From: Negaprion brevirostris
Lineage: Eukaryota
Direction of reading: 5' to 3'
Length of the DNA stretch: 64,000 bases
Assembly: GCA_030324005.1 (NCBI GenBank)
Contig: JARDVH010000140.1
Coordinates: forward strand, 37,505,550 to 37,569,549
A program made the translations under genes and the position numbers. This document shows, one piece after another, positions 26,880 to 38,489 of the stretch (the first letter of the stretch is position 1; the number at the start of each line of letters is the position of its first letter). The notes beneath the pieces were generated by a model. It was not told where the DNA came from. It ran no database searches and was given only the letters and a program-made list of their open reading frames with translations.

Positions 26880-28830
26880 CCAGATAACAGAAAATGCTGA
26901 AGATACTCAGCAGGTCAAGCAGTATCTGTGGAGATAAACAGTGTTCACAAATTGTCTACAAACGTCTACAAGATGCACCAACAGCATCTCATCAATACTC
27001 CTTCGACTGCACCCTCCAAACCCACACTTTCTACCACCTCAAAAGGACATGGGCAACAGATAGATGGAGATTACAAATATTGACCTTTCATTAGAACCAG
27101 AAGTTAGAGACATAATGGTTTCTTTAAAAAGTACAGAGGCACGTAGGGGAAGAGAAGGATGGCAGTGCGGATGGAAAAAGAGGTTTGTGATATTGTGGAA
27201 AGCAGGAGATTAAATGACATAAGGAGTGGTGGAAAGGGCAAAAAGGAGTTGTAATCAAACAAAGAAAAAAAGATAAGTCAAGAGTAGTAAATATAACAAT
27301 GGCAGAATCATTATGAATGATAGCTGTCCGAGCAGATGGGGGTAATGATTACAATCTGAAATTGCTGAGTGTAATGTTGAATCTACGAATTTATGGTGAC
27401 GTCTATTCTAAGGAGCTATTTCTAAAGCTTATGTTCAGTTTCATCATAACAGTGCAGGAGGCTGTGGAGCCAAGTCAGAATGGGTAACGAATTAAAATGC
27501 CCTAAATCATGCTCATGGACTGAATGGAGGTGAGCCCAGAGGAATCACACAATGTGTGCTTAGATTCCCCAATGTAGGGAAACAGAAATAAAGTATACTA
27601 ATTTGAAAAGCCCCAGAAAGACTGTTTGGGGTCCTGGAAGGTGCGAGGAAAAAAGGTTAAAAGGGCAGATGTTGTATATCTCCTGTACTTGTGAAAAAGG
27701 GAAAGACCATTGTGTGGAATTGACACGATGCTGGGGAAGGAATGGTCCCTCTGGAATGCTGAAAATGGTGCTAGTTTTATTTGGTTCAGGCTGGCAGGAT
27801 TAAAGGGGAGGAGAAGGGAACTCGATCATGTTATAGAGAGGAGGGGGTGAGAGCAAAGATGTAGGAAATGGAAAAGGCACAGTGGAGGAAATCCTTAACT
27901 GAGCATAAAGGAAGATATAGCAGAAGCACTGTTATAAAAAGGTGGCATTGTCAGAACACAGATACAGCAGAGAAGGAGAAACTGGGAATATGGAATAGAA
28001 TCCTTGCAGGAAGCGGGGTGGGAAAAAGTATAGTCAAAGGTAGCTGTGGGAATTATTGGAGCTTGCAGTAGATACTGGTCGATAAATCATCTGTAAAATG
28101 AAGACAAAGAAGTTGAGGAAAGGAAGAAAATAATTTGAGGTGTATTATGTGAGAATGAATAGAAACTGGAAGCAAAATTAATGAAGTTTTTTAGTTCAGG
28201 ACGACAGCAGGAAACAGCACCAATAGTCATCAACATACAGGAATAAAAAGCAAGGGAGAGGACCTGCATTAGAACAAAGAATATTCCACATATCCCATTA
28301 AAAGGCAGGCATTGCTAAACTGATTTAGATTTCCAGAGCAATACCTTCTATTTAGAGAAAGTAGTGGAGTTAAAAGAGTTGTTGTTGAAGGTGAAAATAA
28401 ATTCAGCCAAGCAGAGGAGGCTAATGATGGATGGAGACTAATTGGACATGTGACCAAGGAATAAGGAGGATCTCAGGACAGCTCAATGGGGAATAAAGGA
28501 GTCGAAGGGCTGGACACACCTGGTGAGAAAGAGAAAGTTAGGATCAGGAAACCAGAAAATATCAAAGGAACTGAAGGGAATCAGAAGAGTCGCAGATGTT
28601 GAAGGGGAGAGGCTAGATTAGGAGAAAAAGTCGTCGAGCTAAGAAGAAATCAGATCTCTGCAGGAAGAACATGCTGAAACCATGGATCAACAAGGCAGTC
28701 CTGTTTGTGGGCTTTGGAAAGGTGGTAAAAGCAACTACTATGTTGGAGGTCAGTGAGGGAATATTTCCAGGCAAAATTAGATCAATGACAGTCCAGGTAA
28801 TGAAAGCTTGTTGTTTGGTGATGGTGTTCT
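26880..28830 (-). mobile_element. Degenerate Penelope-like element
   Basis: PLE terminus at ~26885; RT remnants (LMGYVE; IGAVSCCRPELKNFINFASSF). Confidence 0.65.
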
Positions 28831-31439
28831 AAGTATCCAGATACTACTTAGCCAGCAACTACTCAAAGTGAGCATGTATAAAAAAAATTTAAAAAGCAGG
28901 TGGGAACAATAACAATGATCATGCAAGAGAATGCTGATCTTCAACCTGGAGTGATCACCCCAACAACCTGCAGTTATATAACCCCTTTAACATAGTAAAA
29001 GATTCCCTAAGACACTTCACAGGAACAGCAAATAAAGCTGAACACCACAGCAGACAAGATGATTCAAAGATAAGTGATGTAAAGCTTTGTCAAAGAAGTT
29101 GATTTTAGGAAGTCTCTCAATAGGGCTGAAAGAGTTAAAGGTGGAGAGGTTTAGGGGGAGATTGCCAAAGCTTAAGACTGAGATAGCTGAAGTTATGAAG
29201 GGAACGGCAGCCTTGCAGTTGAAGACAGGTACCCTCTGAAGATGACAAACTTGGCTAGCAAACAAACATGTACATGAAAGGCCAAAATGCAGATTGTGGG
29301 ATTGCATGGTGGAAGTTGGCAGGCCAATCATGTGAGCACATATGTGACAGTACAACAGCAAGGTGATCCACTTGGATTTCCCAATTATTATTTCAATTCT
29401 GGCATTACAGAATCTATCCATACAGTCTATGGTCAATCTGATAGCGGATTTGGAGAGCTGCTGGACAGACTGAATTTTTATTCAGAGGCCGTACCTACTC
29501 ATGATTTTTTTGCTTTTCACAGAAATGGAACTGTGGCAGCTACTCTCGTGAAATAAAGATGCAATCTTCTGCAGTCACGACTCAGCCACACAAGTTCCAC
29601 AAAGCCCTCCTGGAGCAGATCCGTACAGAATACTAAAGATTCCAGACTGGGTCCAGATGAAAGCACTGCTCTCCTAATGGATGCAGCTAATAATCCTTCA
29701 AACCTCTATAGCAAAGCAATACATAAAACTGTTCAGAGAGAAAGCAATTATCACTATGGTAACAATTCCACCTCTGTCGCAATGTCTCTCCTATACATTA
29801 ATCCTCTCTACCGCATGATGATAAAAGATTCAAAAAGAAAAAAAATGTTCACAATTTCACAAGTCTCTTTTCAACTGTCGGTTCTTTTCAACATTTACTA
29901 TACATTCTGTTAAAGAAAAAGGAAGGAAAAACTTTCCCTATTATAAGCTTTCCATCTGTACTTCACTTATTTGCATTATAATCCAACTTCTGCAACAGTC
30001 CCCTTCCCTACATAAATCCTATATCTGTCCAAAGCCATCTCCTTCTCTGTTACAAGCCACAAACTATTGCATCCCCAGGCCAAAAACTTAATATTTAGTG
30101 AAACAGGAGTATGACTCAGAATCAAACATTACTTTGCATTAGTTTGATACTTTTAAAATGTTATGCGATCATATCCAAATTCTAATTTATCTTGTATAAA
30201 ATACAAGAATGAAGGGCGTGTAGTTTTCACAATGAAATTAGTCACCTCATGACATTCCTTACGCTATGAAATATACATAATTATAGACACGAGTCAAAAG
30301 GCCAGTTTCAAGCTTGCCACTGACAAGCTAACTGATCTTTTTACACAACCCCCAGATTTACTTTGGTATCTGAGGGAAAAATGAATCAGCTCCCATTTAG
30401 GCTTGGGGGTGACAGAGCGGAGGCGGGGTTGGAGGAGTTGGGGGCGGGGGGGGGGGGTGAAATTAAGGGTCCAAATTGAACACACCTTTACACTGTGAGG
30501 AGATCACTTTTCTTTCATTGTTGAAAGGTAGGCTACCAAGACAGCATGGGTAAAATCTTAGCTGACAGCCGAGTTTACAACTAACGGATCCCTGAGGCTT
30601 TCCATTTGTTTCATACATGCAGTAATTTGCATGAATAATCGCTTTGACCACAGGACAGCTTAGGTGCCCCCAGGAACCATCAGGCCGTGAAATGTACAAG
30701 ACCTTCCCCCGTTTTGGTAAACATTATAAATCACCAGGACCCTATGATTCTATGACTGCAATAATAACCCTGCAGCTGATCTTATGTTAAGAAAAGTGAC
30801 TTGCAAATTAACCCCGACAAGCTGAATGTCTAGAACAATGCATACATTTTTGAAAAAGGAGGGTTCTATTTTAAAGCACTTGAGAAGCAGCTAAGGAAAA
30901 GGATTTGGAGATGAAATTATCAGCACAGGTTCAGAAGGCAGTAAAGTGGTAAAAACCATTAAACCAGCATTTCCAAAAAAGAATCTTGGCCTCCATTTTT
31001 TCAAAGTGCACTGTATGTGATGATTCTGTTCTTGCCTATTTACACCTTGCCGAGACACATCTTTTGTTTCTCGATTTGCCCCCATCATATCCTTTTGCCT
31101 TGCACCATTACACCTTCTGTTATTTAAATCACTCCTGCTTTTCACTCTATCAAACACCTTTTTTGTTCTTTCCTCCCTTTCCATCTTTCCCCGTCTCTAT
31201 ATTTACTTAAAATACGTTGCAGGTTTTTCAGCTCTGATCAAAGGTCATTAGCTTTGTTTCTCTCTTCACAAATACTGACTGACCTGCTGAGGATTTCCAG
31301 CATACCATCTGTTTTTATATTATGAAAGGATCTGGATGTTAGCACTGAGCACCCGAAGAGCCAATTTACCCAATTACCTCTGAAGTAGATCAGTCAGAAG
31401 AATTAATGCTGACATTTTATAAATCAAATGAGAATAAGA

Positions 31440-32505
31440 AACAACAAGTGGCAATAAAAAAATCGGTGGGGATGGTATACAGATCACCAAACTGTAGTGG
31501 TAATGTTGGGAAAAACATTTGACAGAAAATCAGAGATGCATGTGCTAAAGGAACATCTGTGATTATGGGTGACTTGAATTTACCAATAGATGGGGAGAGT
31601 CAAATGAGTCACAATGCAACAGAGGAGGAATTTCTGGAGTGCATACAGGATGGTTTTCTGGAGCAATACACTGAGGAACCAATAAGGGAGTAGGCCATCT
31701 TGGACTGAATGTTGTGCAATGAGAAAGGATTAGTTGGCAATCTAGTTGTAAGAAAACCCTTGGGGACAAGTGATATAATATGATAAAACTCTTTGTCAAG
31801 GTGTGTAATGATGTAGTTGACTCTGAGATGACGGTCCTGAATCTCAATAAAGATAACTATGATGGATGACGAATTAGCCATGGTGGATTGGGAAACATTA
31901 CTGAAAGGAAGGACAGGCAATGGCAGGCATTTAAAGAATGAATAGATGAACTCCAGAAGTTGTTCATTCCTGATTGGCACAGGAATGGTAAGGGAATTGG
32001 GGCCAAACCATGGCTTAGGAGGGAAATGAGAGATAGTATCAGATTCAAGAAAGAAGCATACAAACTGGCAAGAAAAAGCAATAGGCATGAGGATTGCGAG
32101 CAGTATAAAATTCAGCAAAGGAGGACCAAAGGATTGATTAAGAAGAGAAAAATAGCGTATGAAAGTAAGTTAGTGGGGAACATAAAAACTGACTGTAAAA
32201 GTTTCTTTAGATATGTAAAGAGAAAAAGATTGACAAAAACAAATTTAGGCCCCTTATAGTCAGAAAGAGGAGAATTCATAATGGGGAATAAAGAAATGGC
32301 TAAGGGATTAAATTTGTACTTTGCTTCAGTCTTCACAAAGTAAGACATGAATAATGTATCAGAAATGCTGAGAGAAAACTGTTTCAGTGAGGATCTGAAG
32401 GAAATCAGCATCAGCAGAGAAATAGTTTTGGGGAAATTGATGGGATTGAAGGTGGTTAAATCTCTAGGCCCTGATTATCTTCATCCCAGAATACTTAAGG
32501 AAGTG
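31440..32505 (+). mobile_element. CR1 LINE ORF2 fragment (endonuclease/linker)
   Basis: IMGD.N, KPWL, IK...KSFFRYVKRKR and KS.GPD.LHPRILKEV motifs. Confidence 0.88.
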
Positions 32506-32506
32506 A

Positions 32507-33300
32507 TGATGTGGAAATGCCAGTGTTGGACTGGGGTGGGGACAGTATTTTCTCATGACACCAGGTTAAAGTATACCAGGCTTATTTGGAATCATGGTCA
32601 CTGCATCTTCCTCAGGTGAGTGGAGAGTTGGGCATATAGAGACAGATACAACTGCAAGATAATTTGGAGTCTGAGTCTTTCCAGATAATCAAGTCTTTAC
32701 AGGTGCAGACAATGAATGGAGAGAGGGATAATCACAGGTTAAAGAGGTTTGAATTGTCTGAAGCCAGGACAGTTAGTAGGATTTTGCAAGTCCAGGCCAA
32801 ATGGTGGGGGTTACACATAATGTGACATGAACCCAAGATCCCGGTTGAAACCATCTTCATGTGTGCGGAACTTGGCTATCAGTTTCTGCTCAGCGATTCT
32901 GCGTTGTCGTGTTTCGTGAAGGCTGCCTTGGAGAATGCTTCCCAGAAGATCAGAGGCTGAATGCTCTTGACTGCTGAAGTGTTCCCCAACAGGAAGAGAA
33001 CACTCCTGCCTGGCGATTGTCAAGCAGTGTTCATTCATCCGTTGTTGTAGCGTCTGCATGGTCTCTCCAATATACCATGCCTCCGGATATCCTTTCCTGC
33101 AGTGTATCAGGTAGACAATGTTGGCCGAGTTGCAAGAGTCTGTACCGTGTACCTGGTGGATGGTGTTCTCACGTGAGGTGATGGCATTCATGTTGATGAT
33201 CCAGCACATCTTGCAGAGCTTGCTGTGGCAGGGTTGTGTGGTGCTTTGGTCACTGTTCTCCTGAAAGTTGGGTAATTTGCTGCGGACAACTGTCAGTTTG
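32507..33300 (-). mobile_element. Penelope-like element 3' part (GIY-YIG endonuclease plus terminal repeat)
   Basis: NIVYLIHCRKGYPEAWYIGETMQTLQQRMNEH...PVGEHFS...EQKLIAKF...G.NRD is a PLE GIY-YIG domain. Confidence 0.92.
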
Positions 33301-34039
33301 AGGTAGGGCGGTTTTGAAGGCAAGAAGGCAAGAGAATACTTGGAGGGGATTTGAGGAAAAACACTTTCATCCGGAGGTGGGAACATTCACAACATTTAAG
33401 AAGCATTTTGATAAGCATTTGAAAAGCCAGAGCATACAAGGCTACCGACCAAGTGCGAGAAAATGGGCTAAGGATAGTGTGCAAACACAATGGGCTGAAG
33501 GGCTTCTTTTTGTGCTATAAGATTCTGACCCTAGAATCAGGTTGATTAGCCATGACTTATCATTTACAAATCCATGCTCTCAACGAGCAGCTCACGTCTG
33601 ACCCAGGGCTCAGTCATGCCATCCCTAATCGGCAGCTATTGTAGTTAAAACTCATGTTACCAACTGAAGGGAGTTACCAGCCACAACTGCAGTCCCGTAG
33701 ACATTTTAATCACTGATGATTCAGAAAGAATTTCCACCGAGAAGTGCACCAAGATTATTTGCAGCCTGAAACATCTCTATCTTCATGCTGCAACAAGAAT
33801 TCAGTGTTTTCTTCATTATTTCAAATATTTTCAAAACAAACTGGAAAATAAATCCCACTAATTCAAGGGGCCAGATGGGGAAAAATACAGACACACCTAT
33901 TGATGTAATCACAATTCCTATTGTCTTAATTCATTCGACCATTATTCGTGATTCTAATGTGTGTCCCCACAAATAAACCTTTTGTGTGTTTGTCACACAA
34001 GGAAATCCAATTTCCTTTGAAATGATGAGAAGGGAAGAG

Positions 34040-35130
34040 TCAGAGAGCAGAGTCCCCTCACTGTCCTTCTGTGCTGCACAGTCCCTGCACTCTCGCTCCC
34101 TGCGGCATGGTCCCCGCACTCTCCCCGTGTGCAGCATAGTGCCCACAATCTTCCCCTGTGAGCGACACAGTCCCCGCACTCTCTCCCTGGTGTGCGGCAC
34201 GATCCCCGCACTCTCTCCCTGGTGTGCGGCACGATCCCCGCACTCTCCCCCTGGTGTGCGGCACGATCCCCGCACTCACCTCCTGTGCTGCACAGTCCTG
34301 CACTCTCGCTCCACGTGGCATGGTCCCTGCACCCTCTGTGTGCGGCACAGTGCCCGCACTCTCCCCGTGTGTGGGGACGGTCCCTGCGTTCTTCTTGTGT
34401 GCATGGCACGGTTCCCGTACTCTCACCATGTGCAGCACGGACCCCGCAGTCTCCCCATGTGAGTGCGGCATGATCCCTGAACTCTCCCCATGTGCGGCAC
34501 AGTTCCCGCAGTCTCCCCGTGTGTGCAGCACGGTCCCCGCACTCTCCCCGTGTGGGGCACAGAACATTTACTGTCCCTGTGTGTGTGGGGCATGCTCCCC
34601 GCCCGGGTACGGCACGGTCCCTGGACTCTCCCCCTCAGTGTGGGGTACAGTCCCTGCACTGTCCCCCTGTGTGTGCGGTACAATCCCCGCACTCTCCCCG
34701 TGTGTGGGGCACAGTCCCTGCACTCTCTCCCCCTGGGTGTGGGGGTTCAATCCCAGGACTCTACCCCTGGGTGTGGGGGTTCAGTCCCCGCACTCTACCT
34801 CTGGGTGTGGAGGCTCAATCCCCGCACTCTACCCCTGGGTGTGGGGTACAGTCCCCGCACTCTCCCCCTGTGTGTGCGGTACAGTCCCCGCACTCTCCCC
34901 CTGGGTGTGGGGTACAGTCCCCGCACTCTCCCCCTGGGTGTGGGGTACAGTCACCGCACTCTCCCCCTCTGTGTGGGGTACAATCTCCCACAGTCCCCCT
35001 GTGTGTGCCGTACAGTCCCCACACTCTCCCCCTGGGTGTGGGGTACAATCTCCCACAGTCCCCCTGTGTGTGGGGTACAATCCCTGCACTCTCCCGCTGG
35101 GGGAGGGTTCAATCCCCGCACTCGCTCCCC
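34040..35130. repeat. GC-rich minisatellite, ~31-33 bp unit (cacagtccccgcactctccccgtgtgtgcgg-like)
   Basis: Roughly 30 degenerate tandem units visible; explains the many overlapping repetitive ORFs here. Confidence 0.92.
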
Positions 35131-35700
35131 CTGCACTGCCGCTGCTGTGAGTCGCTCCGGAAGGCTTGGAGCCGGGCACTTTAATCGTGACCTCGGGTTG
35201 TTTGACGGAAACATTTAGGTGTTGCAGCGGGAGCCGGGCTGGAAATTTGGGGATTTAGATTCCAGAGATTGGGAAAAAGGAAACACCACCGGGAGCAGGA
35301 GGAGGATCAGCGAAGGGCCCGGGAGCAGCGGAGAGGAGCGGCCGGCTGGCCGGCTCTGGGTGAGAGGACATGGCCGGCAACTTCTGGCAGAGCTCGCACT
35401 AGTGAGTGTTTGATCTCCCGGGGGTGTGAGGCCTAAAAAAAATACAGCAGCAGAAAATGTGCAAGAAAGCCCAATCTTCCAGGCAGTTATTTCCAAAAGT
35501 TGTCCCGCTTCTTATTTTAAGCTGCAGGCTTTGCACTTCGTTCTGGCCCGTGATGATTTTTTTGTTGCGCTGGAAACGGCATCAAAATTGTGGCCTTTCT
35601 CCCTCTTCCAGGATCTTTAAAACAAACCGGCTCAGACTGGGATGGATATCCAAACCATCCACTGGGCTGCGGGGGACGGGGGGGTGGGGGGAGCTGGTGG
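35100..35700 (+). promoter_or_regulatory. CpG-island-type promoter and 5' UTR of CCNC
   Basis: GC- and CpG-rich stretch in an otherwise CpG-poor window, surrounding the CCNC ATG; ETS-like CCGGAAG at 35157-35163; no obvious TATA box. Confidence 0.75.
35370..35401 (+). CDS. CCNC: Cyclin C coding exon 1, MAGNFWQSSH(Y)
   Basis: gacATGG Kozak context, the invariant cyclin C N-terminus, donor TA|gtgagt. Confidence 0.93.
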
Positions 35701-36479
35701 AAAGAGATATCAAATAACCTGAACAAACGGGAGCACGCTGTGTTGGGCTAGAAGAGGGTTGCCAGTCCAGAAATAAAAAAAAACAAGACCAATCTGCAGT
35801 ACCTGTATTTATAAACGTCTTCAGAAAAGCTCAAATGTATCTGACATGTTATCACAACCCAGCTGATATTATAGGACTGTAGGGACAGGGGTGGAATTGA
35901 AATTGTGAAGACCTAATGCTGTGATTGACCAAAAGATAGCTTGGCGAGTGAGGTTCTGAGCACTTGTATAGTTTTTGACTTTGAGTGTTACTGTGTTCAC
36001 AGTTTTGAGGTTCTAAGGCTGTGGCTGTGGGTTTTGAATATTTATTTAGGCCTGAGATGTGTTTCATGGAATGCATGTAAAAGTGTATTCTCTAGAATGA
36101 GATACATTTTATGGATCTTGTAAAGACACAGCTATACTGAGTGGAGTTGTATCTATATAGAAAGTAAGATAATCCATCTTATTATTTAAATGTAAAAGGG
36201 CTTATGTAGTAGCTGGCTTGATTTCCATCCTAATAATGGTGCATTTCAGTCTGGCTGCTTGAAGTCAGTTGTCGGCCACTCTGCTCGATAAAGAGGCAAA
36301 TGAAAGTAAAACATACCTTGTGAGAGAAGATGAGCTGTACAAAGCTGATTAAAGTTAACAAAAGTGCATTGACTGATAATTAAGTGATATTTCTGTATAA
36401 CTACTAAAGAAAGGCTTGAGCAGTTTGATTGTTTCCAGAGTTATATAATCAATCCTAATGCAGTGAAGTAAAATGTACA

Positions 36480-38400
36480 AATATACAAAACAGGAGCAGG
36501 TCATTTGGCCCCTCAAGCCTGCTCTGCCATTTGATACAATCATAGTTGATCTGATTGTGGCCTAAATTCTACTTTCCTGTCTGCTCACTGTGCCTGGGGT
36601 TGCGAGACAGCAGTGCTTACCACTGTGTTGCCATGCTTCCTGCATCTTAAATGAGAGTCCTCTTACTTTTAAACAGTGTCTCCTAGTTATAGTTTCCCCC
36701 ACAAGAGAAAATATCCTTTCAGCATCCACCGTGGTTCCAAGTTCCTGCAGGATCTTGCATGTCAAATCAAAGTGTTTCAATAAGATTAAATTTCATTCTT
36801 CTAACTTCCAATGGAGACAGACCCCTTCATCCTAGTTGAGTGGATCTTTTCCAAACTGCTTCTAATGCAGTTATTTCCTTTCTTAAATAAGAAGACCAAA
36901 AATCATAATATCCCTACAGTGCAAAATGAGGCCATTTGGCCCATTGAACCTTCACTGACAACTATCCCACCCAGGTCCTATCTGTAATCTCGTGTCTACC
37001 CTGATATTCCCCATGACACTAAAGGGCAATTTAGCATGGCCAATCAGCCTAACCCACACACCTTTTGAGTGTGGGAGGGAACCAGAGCACCCAGAGGAAA
37101 CCCATGCAGACATGGGGAGAACTCCACACAGACAGTGACCTGAGGCCGAAATTGAACACGGACCACTGGTACTGTGAGGTAGCAGTGCTAGCCAAATGTA
37201 CAGAAGACTCTGGATATGGTCTCACCAATACCCTGTACAACTGCAGCAAATATTCTATTTATATTTCATTCACATTACAGTAAATGACAACCTTCCATTT
37301 GTCTTCCTGATCACTTGTTGTACCTTCATACTGACTTTTCCTGATTCATGCACCAGTACACCCAGATTTCTTTTCAGAGTTCCATAATCTCTCTTCACCT
37401 AAGTAATATGCTGCTTCTCTCTTCTTCCTGACAAAATGGACAAGTTCACATTTTCCCATGTTATTAGCCACCTGCCAATTTTTTTCCTCATCCGCTTAAC
37501 CAATGTATATCCCTTTGCAGACTTGCATTCTCTTTACAACTTACTGTCGTACCTACCTGTGTGTCATCAACAAATTTAGCAACCATGCATTGGACCCTTC
37601 ATCCAAGTCATTGATATAGATTGTAAGTAGTTGAAGCCTGTAGCACTGATCCCCGTGGTACTCCTTTTATGCCTATTCTCTGTTCCCTGTAAGCTAACTA
37701 ATCCTATATCCATGCTAATATGTAACCCCCTACAGTAACTGTTCTTATTTTGTGTAGCAACCTTTGATGTGACATCTTATCAAATGCGTCCTGGCAATCA
37801 AGTGCAGCATATCCTCAGGTTCTTCTTTATTGATGTTGCTTGTTACTTCTTCAAAGGACTCTAATAAATTAGTCAAACACAATTTTACTTGTGAAAAACC
37901 ACATTGACTCTGTCTGATGGCATTGAGATTTTTAAGTGGCCTGCAATAACCTCCTTAATAATAGATTCCAGCATTTTCTAGATGTTAAGCTAACAAGCCT
38001 GTAATTTAAGCCCCTAGGATGAAGCCTATCAGCACCTAGGGACTTTTTGGCCTTTAGTTCTGATAATTTTCTCAATATCCTTTCCCCAGTGATTGTAATT
38101 ATTTTAAGTTCCTCCCTCAATGATTAATCTCTTGATTTACAATTATTTCTGGGATATTATTTATGTCTTCTGCAGTGAAGACGGGCACAACATATCTGTT
38201 CAATTCACCCACCATTTTATTTTTTTCCATTATTAGTTCCCCAGACTTTCTCTCCAGGGGACCAGTGTCGCATTTTTTATTTTTTTTAATGTTTTGTCCG
38301 TTGTTCCGACCTGCCATTAATTTTTGCAGAATTATATGCCTTTTCTTTCAATTTGACACTATCTTTAACTCTGTTAGCTAGCCATGGATTGTGTGTCCTG
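36480..38400 (-). mobile_element. Degenerate CR1 LINE in CCNC intron 1
   Basis: LLQLYRVLVRP, KFVDDT, KS.G.D.LHPR and NYR.VSLTS remnants; CR1 tail at ~36485. Confidence 0.85.
36905..37192 (-). mobile_element. HE1-type V-SINE inserted in a CR1 LINE (CCNC intron 1)
   Basis: Reverse-complement match to 45556-45848; CR1 sequence continues on both sides. Confidence 0.8.
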
Positions 38401-38489
38401 AACATTGGACTATTCTCCCAAGTGACTTCTTAAATTGCTTTGTTTATCTCTCCCCAAACTGATTCAATACCTTAAAGCTTAGAACCAAT

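Noticed and set aside
30200-30720. Possible conserved enhancer (octamer atttgcat, G-rich tract)
   Set aside because: Short motifs expected by chance; conservation cannot be assessed without alignments
32811-33386. 191-aa nuclease ORF as a host gene
   Set aside because: GIY-YIG domain of a truncated Penelope element; the ORF start lies in unrelated flanking repeat
33931-35218. Many long overlapping ORFs (up to 330 aa) on both strands
   Set aside because: Translations of a stop-poor GC-rich minisatellite; repetitive peptides with no protein family signal
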